The translations under genes and the position numbers were made by a program. Shown piece by piece: positions 28,948-43,113 of a stretch of 64,000 nt of DNA; the first letter of the stretch is position 1; each line of letters opens with the position of its first letter. The notes under the pieces were generated by a model, which did no database searches, was not told where the DNA came from, and saw only the letters and a program-made list of their open reading frames with translations. This DNA is from Octopus vulgaris (taxonomy: Eukaryota): contig OX597819.1 of assembly GCA_951406725.2 (NCBI GenBank), positions 66,712,001 to 66,776,000 on the forward strand. Reading direction: 5' to 3'.

Positions 28948-29225
28948 GCTGCTTTCGGGGTCGATGAAATGAGTACCAGTTACGCACTGGGGTCGATATA
29001 ATCGACTTAATCCGTTGGTCTGTCCTCATTTGTCCTCTCTGTGTTTAGCCCCTTGTGGGTAGTAAAGAAATAGGTATTTCATCTGTATTTATGTTCTGAG
29101 TTTAAATTCCGCCGAGGTTGACTTTGCCTTTCATCCTTTCGGGGTCGATAAATTATGTATCATTTGCTATTCGACTGTCCGCTTCCCACAAAATTCGGAA
29201 CTTGTGCATAGAGTAGAAAAGAATA
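28948..29225 (+). mobile_element. SINE (family of 5266-5654), 5'-truncated dimer
   Basis: ctttcggggtcgatgaaatgagtaccagttacgcactggggtcgat...gactttgcctttcatcctttcggggtcgataaa. Confidence 0.85.
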
Positions 29226-29711
29226 ATGTATGGTTTTTAAGACGTTATACTTGTTCGTTCCACTGGAAATACAACCAGTTATAACAGTAGTTGTCGACCG
29301 AGGTCTATATAAGATTTTGTTGTGAAAATATTTAAAATATATTGGTTATACTAGGACTGAACCCTGAACCATGTGTTTAGCAAGCAAGCCACTTACCAAA
29401 CAGCCGCAGTACGGACATTTATATGCGCCTGTGAGTCTTTGGTTTAGAGCTTGCACCTCCACCGTTTGAAAATCGGTGTTGTTCCCTTTACGGCTATTAA
29501 TGATCGATAAATGAAAACAGTAGGAAAAACACCAGATTTCAGGAGAATTAGTACTGCGGCCAATTGTCTTTGATTGAAATTATTCAAGGGGGTACACAAT
29601 CATGGCCAGACTCCAATAACGGAAATAAGCAAAAGATGAAAGCTGCATATGTCTGTGTGTATGTGTGTATGCGTGCATATGTGTGTGCATGTATATATCT
29701 GTGTGCGTGTG

Positions 29712-29770
<59 letters not shown>

Positions 29771-29949
29771 CAATATATATATATATGTATGTAAGCATGT
29801 ATGTATGCATATATGTGTGTGTATATTGTATATTGTATGTACTGTATGTTATATACATAAACAGACTCGCACACATATATGTGGAGGTTAATGAGGTGTG
29901 TATATATTTTTTGTAATGAATATCCCATTAATTGTATTGTAGTTAATGT

Positions 29950-29980
<31 letters not shown>

Positions 29981-30380
29981 CACTACTACTATTACTACCA
30001 CCACTACTACAGCTGCTGCTACTATTACTACTACAACTACTACTACTACTACTGCTACTACTACTAACACCAATACTACTGCTGCTGCTGTTGTTGCTGT
30101 TGTCAAGCAACAGGACGGGTACGGGTGATTAGGTGGTGATCTAGGGCTTAGGGGCGGGAAACCCCAGATTTTGGAAAAAAAATTTGGCCGTCTTGTAGTC
30201 GAAGGCTTTTTGTTGACGCCCGACACCACTGGGAGGTGGCCCTCGAAGTCGCTGGAAATGGACAGCTCCAGGTCCAAATTCTTGGACAGCTGCTGCTGCT
30301 GTTAGTGCTGCTGTTGCTGCTGCCGCTACTATAGCTACTACAATTGCTACTGCCACTTGATCTTGTTGCTGTTGCTGTTG

Positions 30381-30446
<66 letters not shown>

Positions 30447-30517
30447 ATACTACTGCTGCTGCTGCTGCTAGATATACTACGACTATTACTATACTGTTAT
30501 TTCAACTCCTACTACAA

Positions 30518-30568
<51 letters not shown>

Positions 30569-30687
30569 TTAACACCATTAAAGAGAACAACACTAACAGC
30601 AACAACGTCAAGAATAGCAGCAACAGGAACAGATGCAACAACAACAACAATAATACTAATAATAATAATAATCAAAATAATAATAAT

Positions 30688-30759
<72 letters not shown>

Positions 30760-30760
30760 G
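29950..30760. repeat. Compound (TAC)/(TGC)/(AAT) arrays with a GC-rich insert at 30105-30290
   Basis: Direct reading. Confidence 0.9.
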
Positions 30761-31146
30761 AACATGTAAACAGTTTTGTGAGTTTGTTGAAATGATTACA
30801 GTCAATTAAATGTAGGTAATGAGAATAGAGTGTTTGTAAAGAATTATGAAAGAGGAAAGTATAGGTGGCTTGATGGCGTGAAAATCCTCTCAGTCTTTCC
30901 ATACATCAAACATTTCAATATGAAAACATCTTTTGAAAACCATTCATGCTGTTATATCAATTAGAAAAATCGTAGATTTTCACTGAGCGGGACTCTTTGA
31001 TGTGTCTGTCCCGTATTGAGAGATGTAAACAAATATTTATCATCATTTGTCGATCTCTATATCTTGATACATCAAAAACGGTAGGATAGACAGGCAGACA
31101 GAAAATCAGACACAGGTGCACACGGTCAACCATATATATATGTGTA

Positions 31147-31184
<38 letters not shown>

Positions 31185-31505
31185 CATGCAGGGAGATATA
31201 AATGTATCTATTTATATCAGTGTATATATATTTATATATATAAAGAGAGAGAGAGGGAGGGAGGGAGAGGCGCATACATACTAAAAACAAGAAAAAAGGT
31301 ATGCTAATAAGCAACCATAAAGACACTTAGACACATTTAAATGTACGTTTGTTTCTCTTCTTATTTTCTTTCTGTTTCTTCTCTCTTCTTCTCCTTCTTC
31401 TTCTTCTTCTTCTTCTTCTTCTTCTTCTTCTTCTTCTTCTTCTTCTTCTTCTTCTACTTCTTCTTTTTCTTCTTCTTCTTCTTCTCCTTCTTCCTCTTCT
31501 TCTTC

Positions 31506-31617
<112 letters not shown>

Positions 31618-32389
31618 TCTGCACCTTCTATTTCTCTTCTTCATCTTTTTCTTCTTCTCTCTCTCTCTCTCTTTCTCTCTTCCGCCCACTAAACACACAC
31701 ACACACACACACACACATGCACACGCATACACACATATACTTATAAATGTATACCATTGACCGATGTACATAAACATATACATTTATAGGTATACATATA
31801 CATAGATGTGCATATACATATAAATGTATATGTATATATATATACATTTAGGATCATATATATGTGTGTGTACATGAGTGTATGTATGAGTATATGTGTA
31901 TGCGTGTATTCAATCACAGGCAGGAGACATTGAGAGTGATACACATATCAAGTATTCAAATGTATGTGTATGTATATAACATTACAAGGTGATGATAATT
32001 TATTCATTCAAACCAACTGTGAAAGCAACGGAATCAATTATTGCAGCTTCCATTATGAAATCGACACTATTGCACGGTTTGATAGGTTGTTATAACGTCA
32101 TGCATTAAGGAAATTACGCGGGGATATTGTTATATTTTTGCAAGTTTGCATTAAAAATATGTTCATAGCAACAGCAATATAGTTTATGTAAACGGAAGGG
32201 AAACATGATCACTTCGTCACCTGACTTGCATCTATTCTCATGTATTTTGTATATTTGTACGTATGCCTGCTTTCATCTATGCATATATCTATGTATACTA
32301 TGTATACTTGCGTGTTTAGTTCCGCGTACGTATGTACGTATTTGTGAATGTATGTCAGTATGAAATTGATATTTCGCTAATTATTTATT

Positions 32390-33025
32390 TACCTTGTGGA
32401 AAAGTTGTCTGGTAATGCTAGTTCTTCCATAAATAGAGAACGATGAGCTATCCTCAACCGTTCAGCCATCACACAGCAGCTATGACAGTGCACCGTCTTG
32501 AATGTATTGTTGTTATCCTTTTGTCTCGGGATGTTGCGCATAAAATAATCCAGTCTGGTTTTTACATTTCATGTCCTTGACATCTACTGTGGCCGTGTAG
32601 TCCTTTGGCAGGTGACGCAGATGTAGCGAAGACTTTGCCTGCCTCGTTGTAATGTCATCTGTCACATTTTACTGAAGCACTGAAGTGGTCTCTCCAGTTT
32701 TGCGCAGGACTGAGCTAGATGTAAGAAAATCCTGGGTAGCCCAATCGTCAGGATTCCTCTTTCGACCTTGTTAACGTAGTCCAAAGGAGTGCAAAGCATT
32801 ACGTTTGGCATCAGCGTGGTTGAAGGAGCTGCGGGAAAAGTGTCGAATCGAACATTAAACCGCTTATGGGGCCCCACTCCGGATTATGTTGAAGATTGTC
32901 TCCTTTCTGTAACCCTGGGTAGGGGCCCATACCGAATACTGTCAGCTGGAGCCAGCTGACCCCGGGAGACGTATCAGGTAGGGTCATCCCTTACTGAAGT
33001 AGTGAAGAAAATCGCTACCCACTAC
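32390..33025 (-). mobile_element. RTE-like LINE 5' portion (GC-rich 5'UTR plus AP-endonuclease remnant)
   Basis: Minus-strand LDYFM and AHRSL (IDY...DHR of APE); 5' part resembles RTE 5'UTRs and the SINE segment at 7830-7885. Confidence 0.5.
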
Positions 33026-33279
33026 CATTTGCATTCAACACGCACGCATACCCAGACCCATACACTCCACACAGGCACACACTCACACACCCACACACAT
33101 ATGCAAAAACCGTGACTGGCTCTTGAAATGCACAGGAAATACAGTCACAAGGTTCTGCTGGGCCAAAGCATAGAAGAGCAGGGATTTTTCCAAGGTGCTA
33201 CACGATGGAACTGAACCCTATACCACATGGATGTGAAGCACGTTTCGCAACCACACAGTCAAGTAGTGAAGAGTAGCTG

Positions 33280-33525
33280 TGCGCAGGGTTCGAGAGACAG
33301 CTGAAAGAACTTGTTGTTTATGGAGCAGGAGAGAGGAGTCAAACTGGAGGCCAGGAAATTTAGATCAGTAATTTGACCACACTCTCTAAGCAACCAACGG
33401 GAGGGTGTTACAATTCAGGTTGAAACACTCAGTGAATGTTAGATACCATCTGATGACGTCAGTTTCCACTGGCCAAAGTTCCATTCACTTTCGTGAGCGG
33501 AAAAGGCACCTCTTTTAGGCGTTAT
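33280..33525 (+). mobile_element. Degenerate PLE 3' end with broken HHR (33450-33480)
   Basis: EQERGVKLEA...NQREG (GIY-YIG C-terminal LEA..N..EG), then CTGATGA-c-GTCAGT-ttcc-ACTGGC-CAAA. Confidence 0.45.
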
Positions 33526-33551
33526 TAACACACACACACACATATACATAC

Positions 33552-33604
<53 letters not shown>

Positions 33605-33612
33605 CATATACA

Positions 33613-33648
<36 letters not shown>

Positions 33649-33655
33649 CATACAT

Positions 33656-33714
<59 letters not shown>

Positions 33715-33717
<3 letters not shown>

Positions 33718-35178
33718 CCGCTGAATGGAGCTTGCATGTCCGAGACCATCATCTACGAAGCTACTGTGGACTCTATACACACTAAAGTATCGGTTTCGTC
33801 GAAGAAATACGTCGGCCTTAGAGAGGGTAATTTCAAGACCAGGTTCAATAATCACACCTTGAGCTTTAGGAACTGGGACAAAAGAAAAACGACAAAATTT
33901 TCCAGTCATATATGGTCATTAAAAGATAAAGTTGTCAGTTACAACATCCATTGGAAGATTTTAGCCAAATGTAAGCTCTACACCAACGGCAGCGGAAAGT
34001 GCGGTCTATGCGACATGGAAAGATGACTCATCTGGAAAAGCAGCTTAGACCCCGCTACATGTCTGAACTCAAGGACAGCACTTTTCGTATCATGTCCACA
34101 TGTGACCAAATTTTTGTGACGCTTTTGGTCCCCCCAAGACTACAGATTGAAACTCTGCTTTCTATATTATGTCCACGCACAAGATATTTTATCTCATTAT
34201 ATCTTTTATTTTTATTTTCTTTATATATTTTTATACATATATTATAGAGAATTTGGTTTATAGATATATATTTTTTACACTTAATTTTTTCTGTACTCTA
34301 CCTTCAACTCTGCATTTTCCCCTGTGCCTATATAGACGTGTATATGGCATCCTTTGTTCGCGCGTGTGGATTTGTACGTGTGTGCGTGTATGTATGTATA
34401 TAGATGTGTGCGTCTGTGCAGGCATACGAGTACATATATATATATAGACGTATTTTCCTCAGTGTTTTTACAATTTTTCCGGGTTTTTTAGATGTATGTA
34501 TAATCCTTTTTGTGCGTTCGTTTGTGTGTATGCGTATATAAACGTGTGCGGGTATGAGCATATATGGGTGTGTGTGTGCGTGTGCGTGCATAAGGGTATG
34601 TCCATAGATGAAGGTGCTTTATATTTTGTATACTTCCTTACGCCTTTTTTCTGTATTGTTACCCTTAACCAGGTTTTTTCTTGTGCTTGTGCGTATGTAG
34701 ACGTATGTATGAACGTTTATGGTGCGTGTGTATGTGTGGGTTTGTATGTATATGCTTATACATTTAGCGAAAGATGTGAGTGAAGATGTGTACGTTTTTC
34801 TAGTGCGGGTGAATGAATGTATGCGTACGCATGTGGGTGTGCGGGCGCACATGTATACGTATGAACAAGCGCGCTTACGCGTACACTATGCACTTTTTAC
34901 CCCCTTACCTTAATTAGCGGTCAGCTGAATAGCGCTTTTGTCTAAATAGCGGTCAATAACACAGTAATTTCCATTTGTATAACGGTATTTTTTCATAGCG
35001 TTTTTCCGATGGCCGGATAACTGAAGAGATAGCGGTGTGGATTTCCACCTCGGCATCCGAAACTCAGAGTTTTATATTGGCTACCGAATAATTGTCACAT
35101 ATTACATTTACAGATAAATTCCTCTATTTACATAATATTGAGGTATCTTTCTTTCTTTTGTTATCTTACCCTTTTTTA

Positions 35179-35182
<4 letters not shown>
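33715..35182 (+). mobile_element. 5'-truncated Penelope-like element: GIY-YIG endonuclease remnant (33715-34119), TG-rich 3' region, hammerhead, tail
   Basis: [61 protein letters not shown] with one in-frame stop; flanked by (TG)n and (TA)n. Confidence 0.85.
35017..35075 (+). ncRNA. Type I hammerhead ribozyme candidate in PLE terminus
   Basis: ATAA-CTGAAGA-[gatagc ggtgtggatttccacc tcggcatcc]-GAAA-CTC-a-GAG-T-T-TTAT: intact core, stem I ATAA/TTAT, stem III ACTC/GAGT, GUU cleavage triplet. Confidence 0.7.
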
Positions 35183-35225
<43 letters not shown>

Positions 35226-36045
35226 TTATATGCGGGTGGTGGCTAAAGTGTGTCGAGAACACAACACTGCTGTATTCTTGGGATATTCTTTTATGTTGCT
35301 TTTATATTTCATGTATATTGCTATATTTTATAACATGTCAGGCGCATTCACGCAATTCTCAGCCTTTGCCCAAATGGCGTGACAAGCTAAAAAAAACAGG
35401 ACGTTAAAAGAAGAGAAGAGGCGACAAAAAAATAGAGGTAAAAATTGGAAGGTTGAAAACACCGGAAGAAAACAAAAATCAAATAGAAACATGTGTGGGA
35501 TTTAGAGTCCCCCCTCCCCCTCTCTCTCTTTTGACCGTAAAGTCATAAAGCTGAATGACTAGAGGTCTAGATTCTGCAGTACAGCTGCTCAATACTGAAA
35601 GGGTGGTATTTTCCAATTCATCAACAAGATCTTATCCATATGTTTACAAGCACTTACAATTTCAGATCAGGAATTGAGCAATGCGATGGAGACCTTAGGT
35701 CTGAAAAGGATTTTTCAGCAACGATTTTTCAGCAACGCATAGCTTGTTCGTTGACCTACTGTGTGAACTTTTCACTTTATTACATGTTGTGTGGTGTAAG
35801 ACTTCAAACCCCATACGTGGCTAGTCACTATATTGGCTTTACTTTTGTTCCTGTATTGAAAGGAAGATATGTGATTAGTACAGTGAATTTTGTAGACGCC
35901 TTCACGCAATCCAACGTAACTCTTCTTTTCGGTTGTGCTATCTACTAGCGATGCTGTAACTGCTGTTTATATATCACTAATTTAATCATGCACTCCTGGG
36001 CAGATTCTATCTATCTGCTTATCTAACTATCTATCTATCTATCTG

Positions 36046-36103
<58 letters not shown>

Positions 36104-36644
36104 AATCTTCCTATCTGTCTTTCTATCGGTGCACTACTTTTAGTGTTGTTAGTTGTTGCTGAGTATCGTATTGTTAAACTTTGCGGCAGGTTTGATATAT
36201 TTTCAACCTCTTACTGATGAATTACTGTAAACTTGTGCTAACGTTTTTCATGTCGTTATATTACATATTGGAGTAGGAAGGATTGTGTTAGGTTTCAGTT
36301 ATTCAACTTACAATTTTGACATGCGTTTAAATCATCAGAATTAGGAAGTGTAACGTTAAACCATTCTCATTGCCATGCTGAACTGGTTGCATAGAAAAGT
36401 TTTACCTTTCATGAATAATAACACTGTTGCAATTGGAAATAATAAGACTTCATTTCGTTAAAGAAGAATAAAAATCCCATTTAACTCATTAGTACTACGT
36501 TCATCAGGAACAGGTTGAACAGTTACGACATACACGTGTGATGTTACCGAAAGTAGATACATACTTGGAAAAGGCATCAAGAGATGTATGTGTAACACAT
36601 ACTACTGTTAGGATTAGAGAGATTTATTCCCGAGGACGCATGCC

Positions 36645-37034
36645 CTTTTACTCTTTTTCTTGTTTCAGTTATTTGACTGCGGCCATGCTGGAGCACCGCC
36701 TTTAGTCGAGCAAATCGACCCCAGGACTTATTCTTTGTAAGCCTAGTACTTTTTCTCTTTCGCCGAACCGCTAAGTTATGGGGACGTAAACACACCAGCA
36801 TCGGTTGGCAAGCGATGTTGGTGGCGGGGACAAACACAGACATACAAACACACACATATATATATATACATATACACGACGGAACTCTTTTCAGCTTCCG
36901 TCTACCAAATCCACTAACAAGAATTTGGTCGGCCCGAGGCTATAGTAGAAGAAACTTGCCCAAGGTGCCACGCAGTGGATCTGAACCCGGAACCATGTGG
37001 TTTTTAAGCAAGCTACTTACCACATGGCCACTCC
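36645..37034 (-). mobile_element. Full-length tRNA-derived CORE-type SINE
   Basis: Minus strand GGAGTGGCCATGTGGTAAGTAGCTTGC..GGTTCCGGGTTCAGATCC (A/B boxes), GGCACCTTGGGCAAGT (CORE motif), internal TG tract, AAAAGAGT tail. Confidence 0.9.
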
Positions 37035-37544
37035 TAGTATATGATTGAAAATTAGGATAGATATATGATACATTATAATCTCAGAGTAGATATAATTGTC
37101 CGTGTCATGTCATGTAGAGTAATGATTGTAGGTCACACATGATATAACATCAAATTAAATATCAATAAGATGACAATATTAAAATACGAAGAGGGAAGAT
37201 AGGAATTGCGATTCTAAACTTGAAAATAATTCAAAATCCACAAAAATGAAAGAACCGTCTGTGTAAAGAATAATTCTTAAAATATCCGTAGAAAGGCTAT
37301 GCTTGACTATGAAGTATGGAATCAACAGAAGCTCATTGAAATGATTAATACGTGGGCGATCACAACTATATGAAAACCAAGGTCAATTGTGGTAAAAGAG
37401 ACAGAGTTTTGAATGTAAAATAAAATTTAAACAACTCTTTATTTCAACATATATTTACATATACATGCAATCGCTAAATCAACTTGTATATATCTGACTC
37501 TCTCTCTCTCTCTCTCCTTCTCTCAATCTCTCCGCTTTCTCTCT

Positions 37545-37580
<36 letters not shown>

Positions 37581-37677
37581 ATAACTAACTGCCTCCCCTG
37601 TCTATCTCTCTGTATTTGCATTTGTCTTCTGCTAAAATTTTATCCATTTCACGAATATACATACATACATACATACA

Positions 37678-37773
<96 letters not shown>

Positions 37774-37995
37774 TACATATGGTCGTAGGACATAGGCTCG
37801 GGAGTTTAAAGAGTTTTCAAATCTTCCCAGAAGTTAAATTAATACTTCTCCTACTCGAACTTTTACATGTCTTCCTCTTTTGTCTCCTGAAAATTTGAAC
37901 TATACATGCACATATACATACATACACACACACACACAAACGCACACACACACACTCGCATATATATATATATAATATATATGTATACATATATA

Positions 37996-38039
<44 letters not shown>

Positions 38040-38067
38040 CACATATATATGTATATGTATATTGATG

Positions 38068-38125
<58 letters not shown>

Positions 38126-39916
38126 AAGCATTGAATTAATATGTGCCCATAGATTCAATGCATAGATGCTGCGTGTGCTATGATGGACGTCTAAATGTAT
38201 ACATCACATGCCCACACACGCTTGTTAACGTGTACTTTTATACTCATTACTAATTACACCATTATTAATCGCATTACAATGTAGAAGATCGCAACTAACT
38301 TTATTACATTCGTCAAAAACACTCTCATCTAACGGCCCTCACCATAAACTGTAATAACAGCTGTCCTAAGAATAAGCATATCAGAATATGCTACAACGAA
38401 GCACTCGCCAATTTTACTGTCACTCCGCACTTTACGTCACCGAAGTAATTGAGATAATGAGGCATTCTCAAATTAGTAGTTGAATCTCACGCAAATAATA
38501 ACCAAATTACTCTGGCATCACGTGATTCTCTCGTCAAGGTGGATGGTGACACAGGATAATGCTGAGCTAAATAGAGTGTGAATGAATGAAGAGTAGAGTT
38601 TTGTTTATGGCTGTAATGTGTTTGTTAAAGAATCCATTGGATCAGAGATGATCTAACGCCTTACAACGAGAAAAGTAACGGCAGTAACACCTTTATCAAT
38701 ATAACCAGCAATGAAACTAAAACCAATAAAAATAGTCATAAAATCGTTAACAAAATCAATCCAGGCATCAACAATATTCTCACTAACAACTTGGGTACCT
38801 CTACTGTATCGATCGACCTTTTAGAAATGGTTGCAATATATTTCAAATAATATATTAGTTTGTTAAAAGCGGATCGATATATTAGATAATATCAGTCAAG
38901 GTGTATTAGGGAGTGAGAGAAGAAAAAAATTGCTGTATGGTCAAGGCTTTCAGCTTTTGATCATAGATCTGCTCAATTAGCTTTGACCTAACACTGACCA
39001 ACTATAATAATAACTCTAAAACTGACAACAAGAAGAGCTGTAATAAAATCAACACCATTCCTAGCAGCACGTATAGCATAAACAAAAAGAAAGCAAAAAC
39101 GGAGAGAACTGCACTGGCATTTACTGATAGACAACTCGCCTCAAATATTGCACAAAAACAAAAATGACATTAAGAACAACAGCAACAATAAAATCACCGC
39201 CTTCCAAAAGGAATACAAGTGTGCATATCATCAGATTTACATTGAAGTCCCTTTAATCTTTATTGCTTGCTCTCACGTTGAATAATGGACAGGACGGATG
39301 TGATGGTGCAAGGTCTTAAACTCAGTGAAATGGAATGCGCGACCTCTATCTAGTATTATCCAACCTTACCTGATTTCCAATGGCCAAAATTGTTCTGACG
39401 GAATATATAATAGCAGTTTTATGTCAAATGACATTTGCCCACTGTTCAAATGGTTGTACAAAATGGCCGCTTAGATTACAAGCAAAAAATAAAAATATAT
39501 AGAACGATACAAATCAAAAGTAATAATCCCCCGTCATTTCTACATCATGCTAAACTACAGCTATGAAAAAAAATGATGGTTTTTAACACATTTCAGCAAA
39601 TCACTGTTCACGCTGTAATGAATTCATTTCGTTACTGTAAAGGCTATGACGTTAGTCTTTGGCACTCTCATTTTCTATGGCTTGTCCATGTTGCAATCAC
39701 TGTCTTCTTTACCTCACCCACTCGCTCTTTTTATTTTTCTACTTAGGGTTTTTTTATCAGCGTCCCTCCCTTTCTCTCCCTCGCTCTCTCTAACTTTTTC
39801 TCTCCCTCACTCACTAGCTCTCTATCTCTCTCTACATATACGCATACGCACACGCACAAATTCAGACATAGCAAAAATGCATATGAGCATATCCATATAC
39901 ACACAAGTGCACACAT

Positions 39917-39968
<52 letters not shown>

Positions 39969-39974
39969 ATAGCT

Positions 39975-40042
39975 AGATAGACAGACAGATAGATACATAG
40001 ATAAACATATAGATGTATGTATATATATATATATAGAGAGAG

Positions 40043-40116
<74 letters not shown>

Positions 40117-40127
40117 GTAAATAGATT

Positions 40128-40190
<63 letters not shown>

Positions 40191-40196
40191 GGATAG
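39975..40196. repeat. (GATA)n array
   Basis: Direct reading; similar arrays at 36005-36105, 48250-48330, 53665-54035 and 59580-59650. Confidence 0.95.
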
Positions 40197-40871
40197 TTTA
40201 GAGATAAAGATATAGATATCTATCGTGATAGTGACAGATAAATCTTAACAGGGAAAGGTTTTGGCTTATAGGATGTTACGTGACTTCTTGTAAACCGAAA
40301 TTAAGAAGTAACTATCAAACGTCCTTCAGAAAAATTGTTAAACACTATGCTAAAAAACATACGGTAATCCTTGAACTCTGTGATTAATGCTGTATTGGAC
40401 TTAACAATTTCTTATATTAACCGTGGTTAGTCGTCGAAATTGCACATTTTGCTAGAATACCTCTTATATACTAAGACACCATAAAACACAGCCGCCATTG
40501 CGAGCAAGTGCGTTTATATATATATATATATATAATTTGTGTGTGTGTATCATAATACATACACATATACACACAAATACACACTCACGCTCACACACAC
40601 ACGTATGTATATCTCTAATACAGAACCAGCGTTGCAAGTCATGGCGATTCATATATGAATACATCTGTGTAAACGATCAAAGATAGGAAAACTATGTAAT
40701 GAGTGTATATACTTGTGTCAAGAGCTATTGCACTTTCGTCAACATCACATTCAAACCAACAACTACCCACGAATTCATTGCCTTAAACACTCCTATGTTT
40801 AGATATGTAACACAACTGGATGCACCAATTTTCATTTTAAACATATTCCTGGCAACTGATACATAAATACC

Positions 40872-41195
40872 TTTTCGGGGGTCGATAAATTATGTACCAG
40901 TTGCGTAGTAGGGCCGATCTAATAGACTGCTCCCCTCCCCCAAAATTTCGGGCCTTGTTCCTAGAGGAGAAAGTTATATACTTCAGGTTTTATAGTTCTA
41001 TATTTAAGAGATGAGGAATTATATTTCGTGGCTATTCGATTACGTCAACCACGATGTACAACTGGTACACATTCTATTGACCTGAAAGGATGAAAGGCAA
41101 CGTTGATCTCGGCGGAATTTGAACTCAGAACGTAAAGTCGGGCGAAATGCTGCCGAACATTTTGCCCAGCGAGCTAACGATTCTGCCACACCTCA
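40872..41195. mobile_element. Two SINE fragments of the 5266-5654 family (plus 40872-40975; minus 41028-41195) separated by a 25-bp piece of the 62108 element
   Basis: ttttcgggggtcgataaattatgtaccag; ggcggaatttgaactcagaacgtaaag; tatatttaagagatgaggaattata. Confidence 0.8.
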
Positions 41196-41566
41196 CCACA
41201 TACTATTTTTTTTATATTGAAGCCCAAATATACTCCAGGCATGGATATGATATTTTAAAATTCTTAAAACTACGGTTTTGATGTTGGATTGGTGCTAATC
41301 TGTTTTCTAAGCAAAATGTGCTGTACACAATGTATTTCAAATGGAATGGTAGATAAATGGTTTACATATGTAGAGCACTATTGGAAACAAGCAAGACAAC
41401 TGTAACACGAAATTACAGATACAATATTGTATGTGAATAACAGCCAGGAATTATATCGTAACATCCATGGAAATAGTTGTAACAGTTACACCTTTCTAAC
41501 TCTCCGTTTCACACTGATTTACTTTTTAAATAAAAAGTGTAGCTTCTTTCTGGTCTATTGTCATAC

Positions 41567-41606
<40 letters not shown>

Positions 41607-41904
41607 GGCAGACATACACAATACACATGTGTGTTAGTGTGTGTGTGTGTGAACCAAAGTAATGGATGTCGGTGTACGACACAGGTAACATTGCGCCTGT
41701 TGGCATTTGCTGCAATCACATATTTCAACATATTTGTTTGTTTCCGTGTGTATGTGTGTATGTGAGTGTATCTATGTGTGTCTATAAATTGGTTCTCATA
41801 CTTATAAATATGAGCATGTTTATTAATATACACCTTTATATATCATCATGTACATGAACATATGTTCGCATATATATATATATATATATACTACACACAC
41901 ACAG

Positions 41905-41980
<76 letters not shown>

Positions 41981-42093
41981 GTAAAAAGGGAAAAACTACA
42001 GAAGGCTTGTTTTAAAAGGTTAAAAAATATATATTTGAGTCAATATGTCTGATGAATGTTATAAATTTTTTTTCATACAATGACATAGTTTAG

Positions 42094-42133
42094 AAGAAAT
42101 GACCGGTTTCGCGTTCAGCTTTTCAAATTTCTT
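42094..42133 (-). ncRNA. Minimal hammerhead with U3-A8 core (pLTR copy 1)
   Basis: AAGAAAT-TTGAAAA-GC-tgaac-GC-GAAA-CCGG-TC-ATTTCTT: 7-bp stem I, palindromic ACCGGT stem III, GUC triplet. Confidence 0.7.
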
Positions 42134-43113
42134 AAATCGTTATGTTTACTTTGAGCGGTATCGAGATAATAAGTTATTTCTTCCGGTGTAAGGGACATAA
42201 TCGCTTAAAATTATTTGCCTTTCTTTTGGACTGAGTTTCTCTGTATGTTGTTGGAATGTTGGAATGGTTAAGTTTGGGCTTGTATTTTTTAATGAAGAAT
42301 GTTTCCTTGTTTAGTCTAATTTTTGTTGGTGTTCCGATAGCACATTGGTAGAATGGAAAGATTAAAAATTGTGGTAGTAGTTGCTTTGCGCATTTCTCAA
42401 TGTGCTCACTAAAGGGTATCATTCTGTATTCTGGGAATGCAATCTGTTGTCGATGCAGTGTTCATCTACGTCTGAGTGATAGTCCCGTGGATCCCACGTA
42501 GTCTTGGTGGCAGGCCGAGCATTTTATGACATAAATTATGTTTTCAGAAGCACAAGTAAAATTAGATTTGATCTTGAAATTCTGTCCCCTCTTTGAAGAG
42601 GAATTCTTATCCTTCTAGCAGGTTTGGACATGTTGCACAGTTCGGTCTACCACATTTTTTAACTTTTGCATCCGTAATTTCAGAAAACAATTTTGCCTTT
42701 GTGAGAAACTTTTTAAGTGATTTAGGTTGTTCAAAAGTTCTATGTTAAAATTACCTCTTACATTATATCATATATTTATTCCTCAGGATTTTTGTTTTCT
42801 GTTGTATATGTTATCCCTAGAATAACGTTTGTCACCTGCGCAGGTGCTGTTACATACATGCGCAAAGCAACTACTACCACAATTTTTAATCTTTCCATTC
42901 TACCAATGTGCAATCGGAACACCAACAAAAATTAGACTAAACAAGGAAACATTCTTCATTGAAAAATACAAGCCCAAACTTAACAATTCCAACATACTTA
43001 TACAGAGAAAATCAGTCCAAAAGAAAGGCAAATAATTTTAAGCGATTATCTCCCTTACAGCAGAAGAAATCACTTATTATCTAGATCTCCGCTCAAAGTA
43101 AACATAACGATTT

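Noticed and set aside
34024-34026. In-frame TGA in the PLE GIY-YIG as possible selenocysteine (as in Naiad PLEs)
   Set aside because: It falls at a non-Cys position after the CxxC..E(K/R) motif, the copy is truncated and I see no SECIS; a nonsense mutation is simpler.
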